From positions 58,937 through 122,936 of the forward strand of contig CBDATC010000001.1 in the NCBI GenBank assembly GCA_965199765.1: 64,000 nucleotides of DNA. The letters run 5' to 3'. Both the position numbers and the translations under genes were made by a program. This DNA is from Paracoccaceae bacterium (GTDB lineage: Bacteria; Pseudomonadota; Alphaproteobacteria; Rhodobacterales; Rhodobacteraceae). The notes beneath the pieces were generated by a model. It worked only from the letters and a program-made list of their open reading frames with translations, did not search any database and was not told the origin of the DNA. This document shows, piece by piece, positions 1 through 9,525 of the stretch (position 1 is the first letter of the stretch; each line of letters begins with the position of its first letter).

Positions 1-379
1 CAGTCCGAAGACCGCGCATGATTCCACCGATACCCAGCGTATCGCCGATAGTCTGCCGCAGTCCATAGGATTTCGGAATGCTGAAATCTCTGACTGTAGC
101 CGGTTTATATCCGCCGATCTGAAATGCGACAATCACGAAATCCGCACAGTCGACAGCTTCTCGCTGGTTGCCGTGTACGGTGATTGTCGGGCTGACGCCT
201 TTGGTCTTCGCCAGTTTTCGAACCACGATTTCCGCATCGGCTAAACGCTGCGGATCAATATCCATTAATGCAATATGAGCCTCGGACAGCGCGTCGCGGC
301 ATAAGAGGTCTCCCACAATATTCTTCAGAAAGACCGTCGAACCGGCACCTATAAAGGCAATTTTCGGCTTGGCACCCAT
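1..379 (-). CDS. melA: alpha-galactosidase, glycoside hydrolase family 4 (5' part only; the gene runs off the left edge)
   Basis: Reverse translation from the ATG at 379-377 gives MGAKPKIAFIGAGSTVFLKNIVGDLL...HIALMDIDPQRL...DFVIVAFQIGGYKP...GIGGIMRGLRT. This is nearly colinear with the N-terminus of E. coli MelA as I recall it. It is absent from the ORF track because there is no stop codon in the window. Confidence 0.85.
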   Translation of the reverse strand, partial: MGAKPKIAFIGAGSTVFLKNIVGDLLCRDALSEAHIALMDIDPQRLADAEIVVRKLAKTKGVSPTITVHGNQREAVDCADFVIVAFQIGGYKPATVRDFSIPKSYGLRQTIGDTLGIGGIMRGLRT

Positions 380-438
380 TTTCAGCGTCCTTTCTTGCGT
401 CATCTCGTGCGGCGCAGATTCAAGCCCTGACGACTTTC

Positions 439-891
439 GTGAAACTACCGTATCTGTATGATAGGGTTTCGGAAATATATTACGAGCGGTCAGGAATTGA
501 AATGGAACAGCATCCGCCGGTCATTTCCCGGTTCTGGTACTCGATCGACTGGGATGTCGAAGCGATATGGAAATTAAACCTTCCCATTGTAACCGTCCCG
601 ATCTGTGATCTCGCATGGCACTTGGATGTTCCCATATGGTCGAATGCAGCCGGTGTTCCCTATCGGGTTACTCCACGTGAAGTGATCGCCTATCCGGAAC
701 GCGCACCAGCTGAACGCAGAAGAATATTCGACGCTTCCATGAAATTTCCGCTTGATCTTTATCGCAACCGCGGACGACTCATGATCTTGGATGGAGTTCA
801 CCGATTCACAAAAGCGTGGATTGAGGAACGTCCGTCGCTCGCTGCCCGGTTTGTTCCCGAGAGCGCGGTGATTCAACTTGCCGTTCAGTAA
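439..891 (+). CDS. hypothetical protein, possible ParB/sulfiredoxin-like fold
   Basis: Intact ORF. The in-frame ATG at 502 follows AGGAA and is a likelier start than GTG 439. The C-terminal LILDGVHRFTKAW resembles the DGxHR motif of ParB-like domains. No other family is recognisable. Confidence 0.45.
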   Translation: MKLPYLYDRVSEIYYERSGIEMEQHPPVISRFWYSIDWDVEAIWKLNLPIVTVPICDLAWHLDVPIWSNAAGVPYRVTPREVIAYPERAPAERRRIFDASMKFPLDLYRNRGRLMILDGVHRFTKAWIEERPSLAARFVPESAVIQLAVQ

Positions 892-1763
892 CGAACTGCG
901 CGGCGAAAGGCGGCTGGGGTCATGCCTTCATGCGCTTGGAATGCCGAATAAAAGCTGGATAGCGAATTGAAACCGCTTTCCATTGCGACAGTGATAATTT
1001 TGTTGTCTGTGTTCGCGAGCATCATTTGAGCGTGACTGATCCGAGTGCGGTTGATATGCGCTTTGATTGGAACCCCCACAGTCTTGCGGAAAAGCGCCAT
1101 CGTGTGGCTTGGCGAGAGATTAACGTGATTCGCGACATCAGGAACACAGATCGCCGCCGCGAAATTTTCGGAAATATACCGCAGCATCCGTTCCACATGC
1201 CGCATGGCAATACCGGCGGGCGCTTCCACTCCCGGCACAGATGTTCCCGCCAGCAAAACGTCGTAGCCCTCAAGCGCCAAACGGCGTAATCGCATTTCAA
1301 TCTCTCCGCGCAGCAAACCGCGCCAAGCGGTGGTTTCACGCTGATAATCTTCGGACCAGCGCAGAAAATAATCTTGGTCCATGCTCTTCGCTGTTCGTGC
1401 GGCAATCACCGCACCTCCAGCCAGCGTTCCCACCATCGCTTCCGGCAAATTCCACCGCAAAATCTGCGCAAGCGAAACATAAATGTTGACGATCCGCCCG
1501 GAACCCGCGACGCTCACAACTCCGTGAGGCGCCGCTCCCCAAAAAACTATTATCCGACCAGCATCAACGGCAACCTGCTTACCCGAAAACGAATAAACCA
1601 TTTTGCAGCCCATCAAAAAATTAACCTCGATCGACGAGTGATGGTGATAGGCTGTCTTGAATGGTTTTGGAACGTGCGATTCGATCTGAAACTCCGCACG
1701 GTCTGGAACCCGCCTGTGGTCAGCATATTCCAGATAGGGTCGCTCGAAGTCTAGACTCTGCAT
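885..1763 (-). CDS. AraC family transcriptional regulator (N-terminal cupin-like sensor, C-terminal HTH)
   Basis: 292-aa ORF. The C-terminus (ISENFAAAICVPDVANHVNLSPSHTMALFRK...SGFNSLSSFYSAFQAHEGMTPAAFRR) is typical of an AraC/XylS double HTH. It is divergent from the ABC importer, like agpT/melR-type regulators. Confidence 0.85.
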   Translation of the reverse strand: MQSLDFERPYLEYADHRRVPDRAEFQIESHVPKPFKTAYHHHSSIEVNFLMGCKMVYSFSGKQVAVDAGRIIVFWGAAPHGVVSVAGSGRIVNIYVSLAQILRWNLPEAMVGTLAGGAVIAARTAKSMDQDYFLRWSEDYQRETTAWRGLLRGEIEMRLRRLALEGYDVLLAGTSVPGVEAPAGIAMRHVERMLRYISENFAAAICVPDVANHVNLSPSHTMALFRKTVGVPIKAHINRTRISHAQMMLANTDNKIITVAMESGFNSLSSFYSAFQAHEGMTPAAFRRAVRY

Positions 1764-1936
1764 TCACGGCCCAAGCAGTACCTTTGGTTTTTTGCCTCGT
1801 TAACGGCTCGATCACCATTAATTGCAGCGGTAGACGATTGGTAAATACAAATCAGGAAAATCGCAAGACGAAATCGGAAGATTTGTGTTTTTTGCAACGA
1901 CAGTTAAATTAGACTCAACTTGATCAGGAGGTACTA

Positions 1937-3958
1937 ATGATAAAATCCAAAAACAGGGCACGCATCGCCTTGTTGTCCGGCACTTGCTTGACTTGCCTGT
2001 CGGCGGCGATGGCAACGGCGGATACGATGCCGCCCGAGCAAAGCATGTCGAATTTAGAGTATGAGCTGATTGGCCGGGAAGACTTATGGACTTACGATGC
2101 TCTCGGAAGCTATTCGGAAGCTCCGTTTCTTTCCAACTTAGTCGAGTCCGGCGCACTGCCCCCTGTTGAAGAGCGTCTTCCAGATGAACCTTTGGTTCAC
2201 AAAACCGGAGCTATGGTTGATGGAATCGGAGAATATGGCGGAGTGTTCCGTCATGTGATCGGCGGTCGACCGGAAGGCTGGAACTGGATGGCAGGTCAGC
2301 ACCAAGGCTGGGGCGGCATAAACATGGCCATGCAGGAATGTCTTGTGCGGGTTGGACCGCTTTGGCAAGTGAAAGCTGAAGATCAAACCGGACCACTTCC
2401 CAACTTAGCCAAAGATTGGAGTTGGAACGACGACCGAACTTCACTCACCATGAATCTGGTGGAAGGAGCACACTGGTCAGATGGCGATCCGTTTGATTCG
2501 ACCGATGTCCAGTTCTGGTGGGAAGACAACGTGCAAGATGAAAATGTGACATCCAGGATGTCACCGAACGGTATGGGCGAAGGCACCACGTTGAACATCA
2601 TTGACGATTCAACGATTCAATTCAATTTCACCGAGCCGCAGGGCCCGTCAAGAATTTGGTCGCTGGCCTATATTCAAGGATGTCCCGGACCGAGCCATAT
2701 CCTGATGGACAAACATCCGAAGTATAATTCCGATGCCACTTATGACAGTTATCGAACCGCTTTACCGTCCGATCAAGTGCCGCCTGTTGTCATGGGGCCC
2801 TGGGTTCCGGTTTTGCACAAGCCGGACGAAATCGTGATCATGCGCCGCAACCCCTTTTATTGGAAGGTCGACGAAGCCGGTAATCAGCTGCCTTATTTGA
2901 ACGAAATGCATTTCAAGCTGACCACATGGTCTGACCGCACAACGCAGGCTGTTGCAGGCACCGGCGATTTCTCCAATATGGAAAACCCCGGCAATTATGT
3001 GGAAGCGCTGAAGCAGAGCCAAGCCGCAGACTCGCCGACCAAAGCTCAGTTCGGACCGCGTGTTCTGTCTTGGGAAGTGGAAATGAACTTCTCGGAAACA
3101 CTCGGGGTTGAGGATGATGTCGACGCCGAGCTGCGAGGATTGTTCCGAACCAAGGAGTTCCGCGTTGCTCTGAGTCACGCTCTTGACCGCGCAGCCATCG
3201 GTCAGTCGATTGCCCGCGGACCGTTCACTTACGTATACCCAGGCGGCTTCTCGGTCGGATCCCCGTATTACGATGTGAATGCGACCGTGTTCTATCCGTA
3301 TGATACCGCCAAAGCTGGTGAAATGCTGGACGCGCTGGGTGTTACCGATACTGACGGCAATGGTCAGCGCAACCTGCCGAACACCGGCGGGGATATCGTG
3401 ATCGACCTCGTGTATGATTCTTCTGAACCAACCGACAAAAAACAGGTTGATGCATTTGTCGCGATGATGGCCGATATTGGAATCACCATCCTTCCAAAAC
3501 CGGTCGAGGATCAGGAAATCGTTGCCGACTCCGGAAACTTCAACATGCTGGAGCGTCGGCACCATTGGTTAGTCCCGACCCGTCAGACATGCGACTACGT
3601 CCCAATTTCGGACAATTGTCCCGACTGGCACCAAGCGGATAGCGGAAATCGCAATCTCTTCCCGTTTGAAGCAGAAATGGTGGAAGCGGTGAACACCATC
3701 CAGGAGACTTGGGACGCGGAGGAAGCCGCTGAAGCCGCAAGGGTCATCCAACGAAATTGGACCGAGAACGTCTACACGCTCGGTCTTACCCAAGCTCCCG
3801 CCGCGCTTCTGATCAACAAGAGAATCAGGAACGCGCATCCGGGCACACCAGTGTTCATGTTTGAGTGGGCTGAAGATGGAGTGGTCAGGGAACGGCTTTG
3901 GGTGGCTGCAGAAGATCAAATCGAAGAGCTGCTGCCGGGAACGATCCCGACCTACTAA
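1937..3958 (+). CDS. ABC transporter substrate-binding protein, family 5 (peptide/oligosaccharide type; AgpA-like alpha-galactoside binding protein candidate)
   Basis: 673-aa ORF with AGGAGG 8 nt upstream and an N-terminal signal peptide (LLSGTCLTCLSAAMATA). Size and context (melA, AraC, DppBCDF-type partners) match the S. meliloti agp locus. Confidence 0.85.
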   Translation: MIKSKNRARIALLSGTCLTCLSAAMATADTMPPEQSMSNLEYELIGREDLWTYDALGSYSEAPFLSNLVESGALPPVEERLPDEPLVHKTGAMVDGIGEYGGVFRHVIGGRPEGWNWMAGQHQGWGGINMAMQECLVRVGPLWQVKAEDQTGPLPNLAKDWSWNDDRTSLTMNLVEGAHWSDGDPFDSTDVQFWWEDNVQDENVTSRMSPNGMGEGTTLNIIDDSTIQFNFTEPQGPSRIWSLAYIQGCPGPSHILMDKHPKYNSDATYDSYRTALPSDQVPPVVMGPWVPVLHKPDEIVIMRRNPFYWKVDEAGNQLPYLNEMHFKLTTWSDRTTQAVAGTGDFSNMENPGNYVEALKQSQAADSPTKAQFGPRVLSWEVEMNFSETLGVEDDVDAELRGLFRTKEFRVALSHALDRAAIGQSIARGPFTYVYPGGFSVGSPYYDVNATVFYPYDTAKAGEMLDALGVTDTDGNGQRNLPNTGGDIVIDLVYDSSEPTDKKQVDAFVAMMADIGITILPKPVEDQEIVADSGNFNMLERRHHWLVPTRQTCDYVPISDNCPDWHQADSGNRNLFPFEAEMVEAVNTIQETWDAEEAAEAARVIQRNWTENVYTLGLTQAPAALLINKRIRNAHPGTPVFMFEWAEDGVVRERLWVAAEDQIEELLPGTIPTY

Positions 3959-3969
3959 ATTCAACGGAT

Positions 3970-3994
3970 GCGGGCCTTAAAATCTAAGGCCCGC
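3970..3994 (+). promoter_or_regulatory. intercistronic stem-loop after the SBP gene (10-bp perfect stem GCGGGCCTTA/TAAGGCCCGC, 5-nt loop)
   Basis: Read directly from the sequence. It lies 12 nt after the SBP stop codon and has no U-tract. It probably acts as an mRNA stabiliser or partial terminator that uncouples SBP and permease levels. Confidence 0.55.
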
Positions 3995-4033
3995 ACCCCC
4001 GACGGAAACGACGAATTGGGACTCGCCCTTTTC

Positions 4034-5041
4034 ATGATCCAGCGGATTCTCGCCTGTATTCCGCTGCTCATCGGCATTTCGATGGTCGCTTTCGGACTGA
4101 TTGTCGCAGTGCCGGGCGACTATGTCGACACTTGGCTCAATGCGACCATGCGCATGACAGGCCAAGGCCGCGACGAATTACTGCCTCAAGCGGAGGCTAT
4201 GCGGGTCACGCTCGGCCTGGATAAACCAGTCTGGATGCAATATCTGCGATGGGTGAAAGGCATCGTCACGGAATGGGATTTCGGCTACTCGTTCTTTCAC
4301 AGTCAGCCTGTTCTGGACGTCATAGGAACAAGACTGCCGCGCTCGATCGGCATTGCAATCGTTACACTGATCGTCGGTCAGATTCTCGGTGCGCTCCTCG
4401 GCATCTATGCCGCTGTCAACCAATACAAAATCGGAGATAACCTCGCGACGCTGATCGCCTTCCTCGGCATTGTCATTCCGAAATTCATCATCGCATTGAT
4501 CATCCTCTATTTTCTCGCCTTTGTCTGGCACTCACCATATATCGGAGCGTTCAACTCTGCGAAGTATGTCATTCAGGACCACTGGTCCTTCGGCAAACTC
4601 TGGGACCTGTTTAAGCATGTCTGGCCAATTCTATTGATTTCGATCTGGGCCGGTCAGGCCTATACGCTGCGGATGATGCGCGGCAATCTGCTGGATGTGA
4701 TGAATTCGCAATATGTGGAAACCGCGCGGGCCAAGGGGCTCTCGCGCCGGCGGATCATGATCGTGCACGCGATTCCGAATGCGCTTCACCCGGTGATCAT
4801 GAATATGGGAACGCGCTTTGACTACATGATCAAGGGAGAGCTTGAAATTGCCATTGTGCTTGGCATACCCACAATCGGCCCCTTGATTCTGAGTTCCATC
4901 GCCTCGCGCGACATGCTGGTTATCGCAGCAATTTTTCTGATAATTTCGGTTATCATTGTCATCGGAAACGTTGTGGCCGATCTGTTACTCGCTCTTTTGG
5001 ACCCCCGCGTCCGTCAGGCAACCCTGACATCCCCAAGCTGA
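4034..5041 (+). CDS. ABC transporter permease (DppB/OppB type)
   Basis: The ORF track starts at 3968, but that ATG lies inside the hairpin. ATG 4034 gives MIQRILACIPLLIGISMVAFGLI, a typical DppB-type N-terminus. A BPD-transporter EAA-like region is present (ETARAKGLSRRRIM). Confidence 0.88.
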   Translation: MIQRILACIPLLIGISMVAFGLIVAVPGDYVDTWLNATMRMTGQGRDELLPQAEAMRVTLGLDKPVWMQYLRWVKGIVTEWDFGYSFFHSQPVLDVIGTRLPRSIGIAIVTLIVGQILGALLGIYAAVNQYKIGDNLATLIAFLGIVIPKFIIALIILYFLAFVWHSPYIGAFNSAKYVIQDHWSFGKLWDLFKHVWPILLISIWAGQAYTLRMMRGNLLDVMNSQYVETARAKGLSRRRIMIVHAIPNALHPVIMNMGTRFDYMIKGELEIAIVLGIPTIGPLILSSIASRDMLVIAAIFLIISVIIVIGNVVADLLLALLDPRVRQATLTSPS

Positions 5042-6174
5042 TGACTGAACAAACCCCCATCCATCCTGACGAGTCGATGAATGCGGAGGCCATATCCGCG
5101 AATTCGTTTACTTACTGGCAGCTGGTTCGCCGCCGATTCCAAAGAAACACTTACGCGATGTTTGGATTGGCGACCTGCATCCTAGTCGTGCTTTCCGGCA
5201 TATTTGCTGGATTTATTGCACCTTATTCTCCTACCGAGACGGACCGAAGTCTACTTTACACACCGCCCCAATGGATCAAAATCTATGAAGCGGGAAACGG
5301 ATTTCAAAGGCCCTTTGTCTACGGCTATGCCGAGAAAATGGATCCCAACACATTTGAGATCACGTTCGCGCGGGATCCGGCAAAGAAAAGCGTCATCCGA
5401 TTCTTTGTGTCAGGAAGCGAATGGTCGCTGTTCGGCATACCTATGACGCTTCATCTGTTTGGAACAGACGAAGGTTCACGCGTTCATTTGCTCGGAACCG
5501 ACAATCTCGGACGGGATGTGTTTTCGCGCACGATATGGGGAACACAAATTTCTCTCTTGATGGGTGTCGTCGTGATGGCGGCAGCGCTCTTTATCGGAAC
5601 CCTTATCGGTGTGACAGCCGGGTATTTCGGCGGAGCCTATGATTTGATCATGCAGCGCTTTGTCGAATTCTTCAAAGCTTTCCCGGATCTGCCGCTTTAT
5701 CTTGCACTGACCGCTTTGCTGCCGAGGCGCGCTGACCCGCTGCTTGTCTTTATTCTGTTTGCCGCCATTCTTATGCTCCTGCGCTGGCCGGACCTATCCC
5801 GTGAGGTGCGCGGTAAAGTCATTTCAATGAGTCGCCTTGAATATGTGCGCGCGGCCGAAGCTGTCGGCGCTTCTGATCGGCGCATTCTGTTTCGTCACAT
5901 TGTTCCGAACATCGCGTCGCATCTCATAGTATGGGCAACATTTCAGCTGCCTGAAGTGATTCTCTTGGAAAGTTTTCTGTCTTTTCTTGGCGTTGGCATA
6001 CAGCCACCGATGATCAGCTGGGGTGTGATGCTGAATCAGATTCTGGACTTTCAATCATTCTCGGCAGCGCCTTGGATGATGTCTCCGGTCGGAATGATAA
6101 TTTTGTCTGTGCTGGCCTTCAACGCCTTCGGCGACGGTTTGCGCGACGCGATGGATCCCTATTCCAGTGGCTGA
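5041..6174 (+). CDS. ABC transporter permease (DppC/OppC type)
   Basis: 377-aa ORF with an ATGA overlap with the upstream permease. Multiple TM segments and an EAA-like loop (YVRAAEAVGASDRRILFRHIVPN). Confidence 0.88.
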   Translation: MTEQTPIHPDESMNAEAISANSFTYWQLVRRRFQRNTYAMFGLATCILVVLSGIFAGFIAPYSPTETDRSLLYTPPQWIKIYEAGNGFQRPFVYGYAEKMDPNTFEITFARDPAKKSVIRFFVSGSEWSLFGIPMTLHLFGTDEGSRVHLLGTDNLGRDVFSRTIWGTQISLLMGVVVMAAALFIGTLIGVTAGYFGGAYDLIMQRFVEFFKAFPDLPLYLALTALLPRRADPLLVFILFAAILMLLRWPDLSREVRGKVISMSRLEYVRAAEAVGASDRRILFRHIVPNIASHLIVWATFQLPEVILLESFLSFLGVGIQPPMISWGVMLNQILDFQSFSAAPWMMSPVGMIILSVLAFNAFGDGLRDAMDPYSSG

Positions 6175-7816
6175 GCGCACCGGTTCAATTCCTCCTCTTC
6201 TGGAGGTTCAGGACATCACAGTTGACTTTCGAACTGTCGGCGGAATGGTTTCGGCTGTCCGCGGGAGCAGTTTTTTTGTGGAGAAGGGCGAAACCCTGGC
6301 CATCGTCGGAGAAAGCGGCTCTGGCAAATCCGTTACCGCACGGGCGGTTATGGGGATGCTTGCCGACAACGCTGACCTTGGTCGAAATTCACGGGTGCAT
6401 TTTGATGGTCAAGACCTGACAAAGCTTTCCGAGATCGAAATGCAGCGCATTCGGGGCAATCAGATCACGATGATCTTTCAAGAGCCCTTAACCAGTCTCA
6501 ATCCAATCTACCGCATCGGCGATCAAGTGGTTGAAATTATCCGCCGCCACCGGAATGTTTCGAAGAATCATGCAAGGGAACAGGTTCTGCGGCTATTGGA
6601 TGAAGTTCGGATTCCCGAACCCGATGCAAGGTTCTCACAATATCCGCATCAACTGTCTGGCGGACAAAGACAACGCGTCATGATTGCCATGGCATTGGCA
6701 AACGATCCCAAACTATTGATTGCTGATGAACCAACCACTGCATTGGACGTTACGGTTCAGGCAGATATTTTGACTTTGTTGAAGGATCTGCAGCGAAGCC
6801 ATGGCATGGCGATTATCTTGATTACGCACGACCTTGGCGTCGTCCGGCAAATTTCGGATCGGGTCTGTGTCATGCGGTATGGTAAAATTCTTGAAACCGG
6901 AACAACCGCTGATGTGTTTGCAAATCCGCAGCACCCGTACACACGCCATTTGATCGACAGCGAACCATCAGGATCCCCTGATCCCTTACCGGACGGCGCC
7001 GACGAGGTTATACGCGGCGACAGGATTCGAAATGTTTTCAAAATCAAACATGGAAGCTTTCTGAACCGAAAGACCATGGAACTGATCGCGGTGAACGACA
7101 TATCATTGGCTGTGAGGTCTGGTGAGACCTTGGGCATTGTCGGCGAGAGCGGTTCAGGCAAGTCAACCTTGGGGATGACACTGATTCGTCTTCAGGCCGC
7201 CACGAAGGGCAAAATCCACTTCCGCGGTGATCGAATCGATCAATTAAGCCGCAAGGAAATGCGTCCACACAGAACTGATCTTCAGGTTGTGTTTCAGGAC
7301 CCGTTTTCATCTTTGAATCCAAGGATGATCATCCGGCAGATTGTCGGTGAAGGTCTGATCGTCAACGGTATTGGAAAAAATTCACACGAACGAGAGGAGT
7401 TGATTCGCGAAGCGCTGACCGAAGTTCAGATGGATCCAAGCGTGATGGATAGGTTTCCGAATGAATTTTCCGGAGGCCAGAGACAAAGGATCGCCATTGC
7501 CCGCGCGATGATATTGAGGCCGCAGTTTATCCTGCTGGACGAACCCACATCAGCTTTGGATCTCTCAATCCAGGCGCAGATCATCGACTTGCTGCGCGAC
7601 CTCAGGCGAAAGCACAATCTCAGCTACCTGTTCATCAGCCATGATCTGAAGGTGGTTAAGGCGTTGTGCCACAATGTGATTGTCATGCAGAATGGCAACA
7701 TCGTCGAGGCGGGATCAACAGCTGACGTGCTCGCTAACCCAACGGTTTCCTATACCGAACGGCTGGTCAGCGCAGCATTCAGCAGCCAAAGACCTCAGTC
7801 GTTACAGAGCTACTGA
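6167..7816 (+). CDS. ABC transporter ATP-binding protein with two fused ATPase domains (DppD/DppF-like)
   Basis: 549 aa. Two Walker A motifs (GESGSGKS twice), two signature motifs (LSGGQRQR, FSGGQRQR) and two Walker B motifs (LLIADEPT, ILLDEPT). Confidence 0.92.
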   Translation: MAERTGSIPPLLEVQDITVDFRTVGGMVSAVRGSSFFVEKGETLAIVGESGSGKSVTARAVMGMLADNADLGRNSRVHFDGQDLTKLSEIEMQRIRGNQITMIFQEPLTSLNPIYRIGDQVVEIIRRHRNVSKNHAREQVLRLLDEVRIPEPDARFSQYPHQLSGGQRQRVMIAMALANDPKLLIADEPTTALDVTVQADILTLLKDLQRSHGMAIILITHDLGVVRQISDRVCVMRYGKILETGTTADVFANPQHPYTRHLIDSEPSGSPDPLPDGADEVIRGDRIRNVFKIKHGSFLNRKTMELIAVNDISLAVRSGETLGIVGESGSGKSTLGMTLIRLQAATKGKIHFRGDRIDQLSRKEMRPHRTDLQVVFQDPFSSLNPRMIIRQIVGEGLIVNGIGKNSHEREELIREALTEVQMDPSVMDRFPNEFSGGQRQRIAIARAMILRPQFILLDEPTSALDLSIQAQIIDLLRDLRRKHNLSYLFISHDLKVVKALCHNVIVMQNGNIVEAGSTADVLANPTVSYTERLVSAAFSSQRPQSLQSY

Positions 7817-7827
7817 TCGGGATAGAT

Positions 7828-8448
7828 TTGACTAGCCTACGTCCATTGATTGCCATTCTTCGCGGTGTTGCGCCTTCCGAAGCTGCAGAAGTCGGACACT
7901 TGCTCGCCGAAGAAGGTTTTTCGCGCATAGAAGTGCCTATGAATTCACCAAAGCCACTCCTCAGTATTCGACAGATCGCCGATCTTTTGGGAAATCGGAT
8001 CATTGTTGGTGCTGGAACCGTCGCAACCGTTAACGAAGTGAAAGCGGTCAAAGATGCCGGCGGTCGGATAATCGTCTCTCCCAACACTGACCCGGAAGTC
8101 ATTGCCGCCACAAGGAATGCCGATATGGAATCGCTGCCTGGTGCCTTGACCGCCACCGAATGTCTTTCTGCGTTGGCGGCAGGTGCGGATCGACTGAAGC
8201 TGTTTCCAGCCTCGGTTCTTGGGATATCCGGTGTCAGCGCACTCCGCACTGTGCTGCCCAGACATGTGCCGCTCTACGCGGTTGGAGGAGTGGGACCCGA
8301 TAACTTTGGTATTTGGGCTGCGGCCGGTATCAATGGCTTCGGAGTTGGAACTGCCCTGTATCAACCGGGTATGTCGCTTGGAGAGATCAGAAAGAACGCT
8401 ATTGAATTGATCAAGGCTTGCGAAAGAGTATTTCCTAACCATGCATGA
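7828..8448 (+). CDS. dgoA: 2-dehydro-3-deoxy-6-phosphogalactonate aldolase
   Basis: 206 aa. PLIAILRGV..., IEVPMNSP, GAGTV, VSPN, LKLFPAS and AVGGV are colinear with E. coli DgoA as I recall it. Confidence 0.82.
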   Translation: MTSLRPLIAILRGVAPSEAAEVGHLLAEEGFSRIEVPMNSPKPLLSIRQIADLLGNRIIVGAGTVATVNEVKAVKDAGGRIIVSPNTDPEVIAATRNADMESLPGALTATECLSALAAGADRLKLFPASVLGISGVSALRTVLPRHVPLYAVGGVGPDNFGIWAAAGINGFGVGTALYQPGMSLGEIRKNAIELIKACERVFPNHA

Positions 8449-8464
8449 GCCGTAACCAGCAGCA

Positions 8465-9151
8465 ATGCTCAAATTCGCCTTAATTCTTCTGCCGATCTTT
8501 TATGCGATAGGAGCCTTTCAATTTTCCGCTTGGCAGACCAAGCGAAGAATGGCCCGAAATTCGTCTGCTTTGACCGATTTCGCAATCATCAAACTGAACG
8601 CGCGTCTTGCAGAAGCTGCGGAACTGCCGGAATGCACACCACGGATCTATGAAATATCACCAGTAAACGGACTGGCTATGCCAGACGGCAAAATTTACAT
8701 CACACGCGGTCTCATGGAGCGCTATAAGCGCGGCGAATTCAACGCTGAAGAGATTGCTTCTGTCACCGCGCACGAACTTGGCCATGTGATGCTTGGGCAT
8801 ACCAAGAAACGAATGACCGATTTCGCCGGCCAGAACGCTGTGCGCATCGCTCTGGGCTTCCTGCTCGGTCGGTACATCCCCTTTTTCGGCAATTTGCTGG
8901 CTCAAAGCCTGCTGACATTATTTGTCAGACAAATGTCTCAGGCGGATGAAATGGCGGCCGACGCCTATGCGAGCGCTTTACTGACAAAATCCGGCATTGG
9001 CACTGAGGCGCAAAAATCCTTGCTTGCCAAATTGGAAGCGGAGTCTGGCGGGCAAGAAGGTGGAATCGCTTGGCTTTCAAGCCATCCCAAAACGCAAGCC
9101 CGCATTGAAGCGATAAAGCAGCGAGAGCAGCGCTGGAAGACGACCGGTTAA
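8465..9151 (+). CDS. M48 family zinc metallopeptidase
   Basis: 228 aa with an N-terminal TM segment and the HELGHVMLGH zinc motif. Confidence 0.8.
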   Translation: MLKFALILLPIFYAIGAFQFSAWQTKRRMARNSSALTDFAIIKLNARLAEAAELPECTPRIYEISPVNGLAMPDGKIYITRGLMERYKRGEFNAEEIASVTAHELGHVMLGHTKKRMTDFAGQNAVRIALGFLLGRYIPFFGNLLAQSLLTLFVRQMSQADEMAADAYASALLTKSGIGTEAQKSLLAKLEAESGGQEGGIAWLSSHPKTQARIEAIKQREQRWKTTG

Positions 9152-9276
9152 GCTTGTCTGAAGAGCTCTCTACAATATCGCAAAGCTTAGTAACTTCGGG
9201 GTCGCGAAGGTGCTGTCAATCGTTGCCCCGCTTTCACGCCTAATAGCCACGTTGATGTCACAGATATTTTCAGGGC

Positions 9277-9450
9277 AGTGTCCAGAATCTTTCGCACTTT
9301 CAGTCATGCGGCGGCGTCTCCGTTATGTTGAAGTTTCATCTCGCGCAGCGGATCCAAATTCATGTGCTTTCGCGTGCTCCACTGTGTGCCGGCGACGTGT
9401 TTCAACCCGGCCGCCGGGCAGAGACATGATTGACCGCCGGGAAAGTGATT
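9277..9450 (-). mobile_element. IS256-family insertion sequence remnant: right end plus the last ~45 transposase codons
   Basis: The reverse strand reads FPGGQSCLCPAAGLKHVAGTQWSTRKHMNLDPLREMKLQHNGDAAA-stop. This matches the IS256 transposase C-terminus pattern FPxxxS...L...W..SRKY.N.D. It is followed by the terminal sequence GAAAGTGCGAAAGATTCTGGACACT. About 89% identical to the copy at 29795-29955. Confidence 0.75.
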
Positions 9451-9525
9451 TAATGTGAAGGCAATTGTCGATTGCACAAGCTGATCATTAATTGCACGCC
9501 GGTTCAGTCAACAGATTCAAAAGTC

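Noticed and set aside
3968-4033. ATG 3968 as the permease start (as in the ORF track).
   Set aside because: The ATG and the following codons form the 10-bp hairpin at 3970-3994, and the encoded extension (MRALKSKARTPDGNDELGLALF) is not DppB-like. ATG 4034 gives the canonical N-terminus.
9210-9458. ORFs of 69-122 aa spanning the IS remnants: 9210-9458, 29609-29818, 29717-30085 and 62878-63219.
   Set aside because: They run across or antisense to the transposase-derived fragments and the IS terminus. The shared MRKILDTT start simply reflects the conserved terminal repeat.
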